From an uncultured bacterium (GTDB lineage: Bacteria > Patescibacteriota > Minisyncoccia > Phycocordibacterales > UBA11359): DNA of 42,857 bases. The position numbers and the translations under genes were made by a program. The notes beneath the pieces were generated by a model, which did not search any database, was not told where the DNA came from, and was given only the letters and a program-made list of their open reading frames with translations. This document shows positions 36,756-42,857 of this stretch, in pieces. Location of the stretch: NCBI GenBank assembly GCA_903831815.1, contig CAIKZC010000009.1:71576-114432 (forward strand), given 5' to 3'. Positions within the stretch are counted from its first letter, which is position 1; every line of letters starts with the position of its first letter.

Positions 36756-36871
36756 ATTCTACCCCTTGTGCTTTTTGGCACATTGAAGTTGTAAGTTGTC
36801 GAAGAACATACTTCCAAAATTCCAAAGCAATATCGCCGTGGAAACTAATCTAAACCCATACTACGACTAGT

Positions 36872-38026
36872 TTAGGCCTTGTCAACCATCTGGTCATCAG
36901 GATCAAAATCGTAAGGCAAAAAGACGGTGAAGGTGCTACCTTCCCCCACTTTACTTGACACAGAAATTTTTCCGTGGTGCGTTTCAACGATGTTTTTGCA
37001 GATGGCCAAACCCAATCCGGAATCCCCCAAATTTCTGGTTCTAGCTTTATCGATTCGATAAAAACGTTCGAAAATATTCGCAAATTCCTTCTTAGGAATT
37101 CCTATACCGCTATCCTGAACATGGAATATGACGCCTTCTTTGGTTTTTTCAGTCCAGACTTTGATCCAACCATTATTTTTATTATAACTTATGGCGTTTC
37201 TAACCAAATTTAAAATCAATGTTTTCAATTCATCTTCATTCCCAAGTATTTTAACCTTAGACTTATTTACTATATGCTCAATTTTTATTTTTCTATTTTC
37301 GGACACAGCTTTTAGTCCCTTACAAACACTTGCGATTAATTCATCGAAATCAATTTTTTTAAAAACCGAATGAGTTACTGGAACATCATTCGAGGTGAGA
37401 AAGGTTAAATCTGTTAACATTGTAATCATTCTGTGGATCTCAGAGTCAATGTTTTTGGATAATTCAAAATCAACCTTTTCCGACCTATTCATTAAATCCA
37501 GACTGCCGTGCATGATTGCAAGCGATGTTCTAAATTCATGAGAAACATCTTCAATAAAAACGGATTTCAGTTTTGAAATTCTGATCAATTCCTTATTGGC
37601 GTTATCAAGCTCCTTGGTCCTCTCTCGAATATCAGCTTCCATACTTTCGTTTAATTCGGCAAGCTTGTTCCTAAAAGTGATCGCTTTCGTGTTATCGGAA
37701 GCCATTGAAATGACACCTTCAATCTTTCCTTTAGTATTTCTAAACGGAACAGCCAAAATGTCGAGATAAATCTCTTCGCCTTTATTGTTAATATCATGAC
37801 AATTGTCCTTGCGAAAAACTCCGCCATTCTTCAATATTTTTTTGTATTCCTTAACTAGATTTTCGTTTTTAAAAAATTCACCTTTAAAGACATTGTGCTT
37901 TTTATAGTCCCTGATTCTAGAGATTTTTTTATAGTAATTATTGGCAGAGGTAATAAAACCTTTTTTATCGATCGTTATGACACTGATCGGTATGTTGTCC
38001 AAAATTATTTTATCAATTTTGTCCAT
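36872..38026 (-). CDS. Cytoplasmic PAS-domain sensor histidine kinase
   Basis: VSHEFRTSL (H box), NLVRNAISY, DSGIGI, FERFYR, GLGLAI. Confidence 0.93.
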   Translation of the reverse strand: MDKIDKIILDNIPISVITIDKKGFITSANNYYKKISRIRDYKKHNVFKGEFFKNENLVKEYKKILKNGGVFRKDNCHDINNKGEEIYLDILAVPFRNTKGKIEGVISMASDNTKAITFRNKLAELNESMEADIRERTKELDNANKELIRISKLKSVFIEDVSHEFRTSLAIMHGSLDLMNRSEKVDFELSKNIDSEIHRMITMLTDLTFLTSNDVPVTHSVFKKIDFDELIASVCKGLKAVSENRKIKIEHIVNKSKVKILGNEDELKTLILNLVRNAISYNKNNGWIKVWTEKTKEGVIFHVQDSGIGIPKKEFANIFERFYRIDKARTRNLGDSGLGLAICKNIVETHHGKISVSSKVGEGSTFTVFLPYDFDPDDQMVDKA

Positions 38027-38037
38027 AATTAATTAGA

Positions 38038-38766
38038 TTAAATCTTTACGGCTTTGATCCAAAGAGCTTTGGGAATCGTAAGTCTATTTTTTAATTCGGG
38101 GTATCGGCGAACTAGATTTAGTGAAGGTCTGGGTTCGGTGATCTTTGAGATCAAAAAACCGGCTTTAGTTATAGAACCGACAATATCGCTTAGGGTCCAA
38201 TGAAAATCCTTGTATTTGGTTTCCTCCCCATCTATGCGTGTCGAGACAACTTCGATAAGGGTACCGCTAGAAAAATAATTAAAATTATTATTGACCCTAA
38301 AATTTTTTGTTCCCAATAAAGCCGCCAAAGGATGCAGATCGCTTATGATAATTATTCCGGATTTCTTTAATAATTTATATGATGCAGACATTATGGAATC
38401 GATCTTCTTTAAGGAAGGAATTTCCAACAGAACATGCTCAATTAGAATAACATCATAGTAGGATTTCTTTAATCCGGACCTTTCAAGTTTGGTGATGTCT
38501 CCTTTTATGTAAGTAATTTTTGGATTATTTTTATCAGCCAATTTCAATTGTTCCTCCGAGATCTCAATGCCGGTACAGATCGCGCCGCGTTTCGCCAATA
38601 GCTCCAGCCAGTAACCATTTCCCGAACCAAGTTCCAGTATCTTTTTGCCGCTAATATTACCACCGAGCATTCTTTGCAATTCCGCCTCGCCAACGTACTT
38701 TTTACCAAAATTCGGTATTTGTGCGCTTTCAGCCTGTGTCTTGTTCCAATTATGGTTGTTGTTCAT
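38038..38766 (-). CDS. Class I SAM-dependent methyltransferase
   Basis: ILELGSGNG, GIEISEEQL, LKKSG. Confidence 0.88.
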   Translation of the reverse strand: MNNNHNWNKTQAESAQIPNFGKKYVGEAELQRMLGGNISGKKILELGSGNGYWLELLAKRGAICTGIEISEEQLKLADKNNPKITYIKGDITKLERSGLKKSYYDVILIEHVLLEIPSLKKIDSIMSASYKLLKKSGIIIISDLHPLAALLGTKNFRVNNNFNYFSSGTLIEVVSTRIDGEETKYKDFHWTLSDIVGSITKAGFLISKITEPRPSLNLVRRYPELKNRLTIPKALWIKAVKI

Positions 38767-38912
38767 ATGCCTTTAAAGGGCTTAATATTTTATGTTATCA
38801 ATTCACAACACATAGTCAAGGTTATTGGCAAGATTGACTATTTGTATTAAATATTGAATATTTTCACAAAAATGTGTTATAGTTTATATATTATTAATAA
38901 CTAGATATTTTT

Positions 38913-39074
38913 ATGAACAATATCATCGTCAACCACGACAATATTATGGGAACGATCTGGCTAATCGGATGGCTATTTTCCATCGGTTACCTTAAGCTTT
39001 CGTTTTGGAGAGGGGTTTTGGCTATCATAATTTGGCCATATTACATCGGTGCCAAATATCACAAATCAAATTAA
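38913..39074 (+). CDS. 53-aa membrane protein (not in the ORF track)
   Basis: MNNIIVNHDNIMGTIWLIGWLFSIGYLKLSFWRGVLAIIIWPYYIGAKYHKSN; TATAGT promoter upstream. Confidence 0.7.
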   Translation: MNNIIVNHDNIMGTIWLIGWLFSIGYLKLSFWRGVLAIIIWPYYIGAKYHKSN

Positions 39075-39099
39075 TATCTTAATTACGAAATAAATTCAC

Positions 39100-39231
39100 A
39101 TGGCAAAACGAGGAACAACACTTGGCGCGTACAAAAAATCCAAGCGTTCACACAAGACGGCAAAACGACTAGCAGCCAAGAAATTGATGCTCGAGAAAAA
39201 AGCCGCACGACGAAAAACCAAAGGAAAATAA
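39100..39231 (+). CDS. 43-aa highly basic protein (not in the ORF track)
   Basis: MAKRGTTLGAYKKSKRSHKTAKRLAAKKLMLEKKAARRKTKGK followed by a terminator. Confidence 0.7.
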   Translation: MAKRGTTLGAYKKSKRSHKTAKRLAAKKLMLEKKAARRKTKGK

Positions 39232-39251
39232 GACAATTAGATATTAAAACG

Positions 39252-39277
39252 AAAAACGCCGGCTATCCGGCGTTTTT
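39252..39277. terminator. Bidirectional terminator
   Basis: AAAAACGCCGG-ctat-CCGGCGTTTTT. Confidence 0.85.
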
Positions 39278-39293
39278 AGTTTTAGCTTTAATT

Positions 39294-39866
39294 TTACTCA
39301 AAAATCCTTCGCAATATCTCCGTCCTGCCCTCTTCCGTTTTGGCCGAACAAATCACAACTTCCAAACCCGACATCTTTGCTGCGATATTTTTCATTTGCG
39401 CACTTCTCTCTTTTTGATTCAAAACGTCGGCTTTGTTGGCCACCACCAAAATATCTTGATCATTTTCCTGCAAAATCCGCAACATTTCCAAATCTAGGTC
39501 CGTCGGCCCAACTTTCATATCTATAACTAAAACGGCTTTGCGTTTAAAAACTTTTTCAAAGAAATACCACTGAATCATTTTGGCCATCTGTTCCCTTTTA
39601 TCCAAATCCATTTTGGCAAAACCATATCCCGGCAAATCTACAAAATAGACATTCTTATTGACCAAGAAAAAATTTATCTCACGTGTTTTGCCAGGTTTCT
39701 TGCCGGACTTCACCAAATCGCGACTGTGAAGTAAACAATTTATGAGACTGGATTTCCCTACATTTGAGCGACCGACAAAAGCGATCTGGGGCACAGCCTC
39801 ATATAAAATGTCGTCAGTCCCTCTTATTCCCTTCTTAAATTCAGCACTTTTTATTTCCATATTCAT
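39294..39866 (-). CDS. engB: Ribosome biogenesis GTPase EngB/YihA
   Basis: GRSNVGKSS, PGKTR, DLPGYG, NKAD. Confidence 0.95.
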   Translation of the reverse strand: MNMEIKSAEFKKGIRGTDDILYEAVPQIAFVGRSNVGKSSLINCLLHSRDLVKSGKKPGKTREINFFLVNKNVYFVDLPGYGFAKMDLDKREQMAKMIQWYFFEKVFKRKAVLVIDMKVGPTDLDLEMLRILQENDQDILVVANKADVLNQKERSAQMKNIAAKMSGLEVVICSAKTEEGRTEILRRIFE

Positions 39867-39935
39867 TAATGCTATCCGAAATCGGCGCTTTTGTCATTTT
39901 TTGCTGAGTTTGATAGACATGATAGACTATATACT

Positions 39936-40844
39936 ATGAAAAAATATGTATCAAAATATCTAAACGACGAGCAAATTAGCAATATTATCAGCGTCCTGGC
40001 CTTGGTCCTTATATGCGCAATCGGTTATTTTATAATCACCTTTTATCTCGACATAAAATTCATAAAAAGCGATATGGCCTCGACGACAGCGCAATTGGAA
40101 AATAAATTAGCTATTTTACAAAACACTATCGCCGGCACCAGCAACGACTTAGCCCAAAAACTGGCTGATCAGCAAAATCAAAACAACGATATCGGCGAAA
40201 CCTTAAACGGCATCGCAAGCACAGTCGGCACTTTGCAAAAACTTTCTCAAACCGACAAAGAGCTTTTGCAAAAATATTCAAAAGTCTATTTCCTTAATGA
40301 AAATTACATCCCGCTGAAACTGGCAACCATCGATCCAAAATACTTGTACGATGAGAACAAAACAATGCAATTTCATGCCACGGCTTTGCCTTATTTGACT
40401 CAGATGTTGGATGAATTGCAATATGACAATTTACCTACCGTCGTCGCCTCCGCTTATAGATCATTCGGTACGCAAGGTTCACTCAAATCCAGCTACACTG
40501 TGACCTACGGCTCCGGCGCCAACAGTTTCTCAGCCGATCAAGGATATTCCGAGCATCAACTTGGTACCGCTATCGATTTCGCCGCTCCCAAGACCGGAAC
40601 CTTGCTGGATGCCAGTTTCGAGAAGACCGGAACATTCACTTGGTTGATCAATAATGCATATAAATACGGTTTTATCTTGTCCTATCCAAAAAATAACAAA
40701 TATTATCAGTACGAGCCATGGCACTGGAGATTTGTTGGAGTACAATTGGCCACTTATTTACACAATCACAAAGAAAATTTCTACGATCTCGATCAGCGTG
40801 AGTTAGACACTTACCTTGTCAATATTTTCGATCCTATAGAATAA
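39936..40844 (+). CDS. M15B D-alanyl-D-alanine carboxypeptidase (VanY/LdcB-like) with TM and coiled coil
   Basis: SAYRS, SEHQLGTAID, YEPWHWRFVG. Confidence 0.88.
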   Translation: MKKYVSKYLNDEQISNIISVLALVLICAIGYFIITFYLDIKFIKSDMASTTAQLENKLAILQNTIAGTSNDLAQKLADQQNQNNDIGETLNGIASTVGTLQKLSQTDKELLQKYSKVYFLNENYIPLKLATIDPKYLYDENKTMQFHATALPYLTQMLDELQYDNLPTVVASAYRSFGTQGSLKSSYTVTYGSGANSFSADQGYSEHQLGTAIDFAAPKTGTLLDASFEKTGTFTWLINNAYKYGFILSYPKNNKYYQYEPWHWRFVGVQLATYLHNHKENFYDLDQRELDTYLVNIFDPIE

Positions 40845-40952
40845 TTTCCAACTGAAATTTTTAGCCGAACTAAACGGCATGAAACGCGTATTCGAAAGCG
40901 TCAGTTTTTTGGTCTTTATTATTAGATAATTAATTAATTTTTAAAAAAATAT

Positions 40953-41345
40953 ATGGCAAATAGAGTGATTCATTTTGAAGTGCAGGCGGACGATGTTGAC
41001 CGCGCAAAAGCCTTTTATGAAAATGCTTTTGATTGGAAAGTCGAGCAAATGATGACAAAAGAAACCGGAGGAATGGATTATTGGGGCTTAACTACGGGGC
41101 CGGATGGCACACCTGGTATTAACGGAGGCATGTATAAACGTGATCCCAATAAAAAGTTGACCACATATGATTGCACGATTCTGGTACAAGATATAGATAA
41201 AGCTATCGTCGATGTTAAAAAGAATGGTGGAACAATCCAAAGAGATAAGAATGAACTTCCCGGAGTCGGCTGGTTTGCGGCCGGAACCGATACGGAAGGA
41301 AATACTTTCGGCTTGATGCAAGCCACAGACTGGAAAGTTCATTAA
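40953..41345 (+). CDS. VOC/glyoxalase-family protein
   Basis: VIHFEVQADDVDRAKAFY, GINGG, DTEGNTFGLMQ. Confidence 0.9.
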   Translation: MANRVIHFEVQADDVDRAKAFYENAFDWKVEQMMTKETGGMDYWGLTTGPDGTPGINGGMYKRDPNKKLTTYDCTILVQDIDKAIVDVKKNGGTIQRDKNELPGVGWFAAGTDTEGNTFGLMQATDWKVH

Positions 41346-41433
41346 TCACTTCCTGTAACATTTAAAAGTGCTTGGTGTATTATATAGTGAAGGCTTAAAA
41401 GAAGCCCATTATTATAATATTGAACGTATTTCT

Positions 41434-42222
41434 ATGAATAAATTTAGATTAGGAGCAATAATATTGGCAATGTTCGGCGTTATGACAATAGCTTTTCCGG
41501 CTCTTGCCGACACAAAACCTAAAAGTATGCCAACAAGACCAAATGCTTCATCTTCACTGATGCACCGGTCTGATAGTCGACCCGATAATAGCAACAGTTC
41601 GGATAGAATTATGATGAGAAACAACTTTATTGGCACCGTTTCAAACGTAAGCGGCAATACTTTGACCATTGTAAGTCGTCCAGGCTTCGGTAAACCCGGC
41701 TTAGATAATAAAGGACCCGGAACGACAACTTTTACTGTCGACGCAGCTAATGCCAAGATCACTAAACGAAACGCGACGAGCTCCATTTCAAACGTTGCGG
41801 TCGGTGATATCGTTATCGTCCAAGGAACCCTAAACGGAACAAACATCACTGCCACAATAATTCGCGATAATATTGGTTTGGAAAGGAATGCGACCTCAAC
41901 TCCCCCTTTCACCAGTGACGGACAGCCTATCACTGCCGGCAGGATCTCAGCCATCGACGGTCAAACCATAACAATTGCCAACAGGAGCAATGTTTCTTAC
42001 ACGATAGACGCAAGCAGTTCTAAAATATTGCAAGGTAGAAACGAATCCGACATTTCAACATTGAAGACCGGCGACACAGTTATCGTTCAAGGAGCGGTAA
42101 ACGGCACGTCAATTTCCGCTTCAACGATCTTAGACCAGACAAAACCAATTAATTCAAACAACTCACGACCAGGTTTCTTCGGTAGGATCGGACAATTCTT
42201 TATGCACGTTTTAGGCTTCTAA
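41434..42222 (+). CDS. Secreted protein with two DUF5666/OB-fold-like repeats
   Basis: Signal peptide (PALA-D); two repeats G.VS...G.T.TI...TVDA...ISxxxxGD.VIVQG..NGT.I.A. Confidence 0.7.
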   Translation: MNKFRLGAIILAMFGVMTIAFPALADTKPKSMPTRPNASSSLMHRSDSRPDNSNSSDRIMMRNNFIGTVSNVSGNTLTIVSRPGFGKPGLDNKGPGTTTFTVDAANAKITKRNATSSISNVAVGDIVIVQGTLNGTNITATIIRDNIGLERNATSTPPFTSDGQPITAGRISAIDGQTITIANRSNVSYTIDASSSKILQGRNESDISTLKTGDTVIVQGAVNGTSISASTILDQTKPINSNNSRPGFFGRIGQFFMHVLGF

Positions 42223-42242
42223 GTGTTAAAAAATTGATATAC

Positions 42243-42269
42243 AAAAAACCGCTTTGTTAAGCGGTTTTT
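42243..42269. terminator. Bidirectional terminator
   Basis: AAAAAACCGCTT-tgtt-AAGCGGTTTTTT. Confidence 0.85.
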
Positions 42270-42288
42270 TGTTGTTTGAAATCAAAGA

Positions 42289-42561
42289 TTATCTCTGAAA
42301 TCCTCCAGTGCGAGGTGCCATTGGGCGGGCCTCGTTGACCGTGAGCGGTCGTCCGTCAACTTCCTTTCCATTGAGAGAACCAACTGCAGCATCTGCGTCA
42401 GCATCTTCCATCTCAACAAAACCAAAGCCTCGTGACTTGCCGGTCATCTTGTCCATAATAACGTTTGCTGAGATCACATTACCAACTTCTTGAAAAGCGG
42501 CTTTGAGAGAATCATCAGTCGTTTTATATGACAAGTTACCTACGAATAACTTTTTTGCCAT
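42289..42561 (-). CDS. RRM (RNP-1) RNA-binding protein
   Basis: LFVGNL (RNP2), SRGFGFVEM (RNP1), VNEARP. Confidence 0.95.
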   Translation of the reverse strand: MAKKLFVGNLSYKTTDDSLKAAFQEVGNVISANVIMDKMTGKSRGFGFVEMEDADADAAVGSLNGKEVDGRPLTVNEARPMAPRTGGFQR

Positions 42562-42719
42562 TTAACGTAAACTTCTAAAACTAATCGTGAGAAGCGACCT
42601 TCAGTTGGAGCGTGGCTGAAAGCCGCAAACTTACCGACTGAGACATCTACGACTCTAATAGTCTAAAACTATTCGAAATAAAAAGCAAATATTTTTTAAA
42701 ACAGAAATCAACCACCCCC

Positions 42720-42857
42720 CTACCAAAACTTCATAACACTCCAGACGGTTTGCTTCATGACGTTTTCAAGAGTCGCAGTTTTAGGTTGTGCAGGTACGGT
42801 TGTGAAAGTCAGTGAAAGAGGTGAACCATTAGTAGTGAAGGTAAAGGTGCCGGTTGT
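42720..42857 (-). CDS. C-terminal fragment of a Thr-rich protein (truncated by the window edge)
   Basis: Open frame TTGTFTFTTNGSPLSLTFTTVPAQPK...VMKFW-stop. Confidence 0.55.
   Translation of the reverse strand, partial: TTGTFTFTTNGSPLSLTFTTVPAQPKTATLENVMKQTVWSVMKFW

Noticed and set aside
39936-40844. Vancomycin resistance locus
   Set aside because: Lone M15B peptidase without vanHAX; more likely housekeeping peptidoglycan trimming
1-42857. Stop-codon reassignment (code 25) or prophage
   Set aside because: Conserved genes are intact under code 11 and several end in TGA; no phage structural or integrase genes

Overview
AT-rich bacterial chromosome segment, genetic code 11. Gene content and style (two mreB paralogs, XRE-MurA fusion, degenerate PriA and HolB, RRM protein, core genes without Shine-Dalgarno sites) suggest a Patescibacteria/CPR (Parcubacteria-like) genome; this taxonomy is inference. 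The core part carries mraZ-rsmH-ftsL-like-ftsI-murF, greA, proS-mreB-mreC-(mreD-like)-pbp2, holB-like-frr-rseP, a second mreB, XRE-murA, priA, def-fmt, hpf, engB, a VanY-type peptidase and two tRNAs. Many self-contained single-gene units, each with its own promoter, strong SD and terminator, are interspersed among them. Main observations: (1) a tRNA-Asn(GTT) split at 35/36 by a complete 238-nt ORF-less group I intron; (2) a receiver domain fused to a divergent RlmN/Cfr-type radical SAM enzyme, lying between a histidine kinase and an OmpR regulator; (3) a recurring TGTAAY-N16-CGGYAT promoter motif before six genes, a candidate alternative-sigma regulon; (4) two promoter-to-terminator non-coding units, one displaying anti-SD C/U-rich motifs; (5) leaderless core genes versus SD-led accessory genes; (6) a umuD/Y-polymerase cassette with a GAAC-N4-GTTC box. 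No integrase, transposase or CRISPR array was seen.
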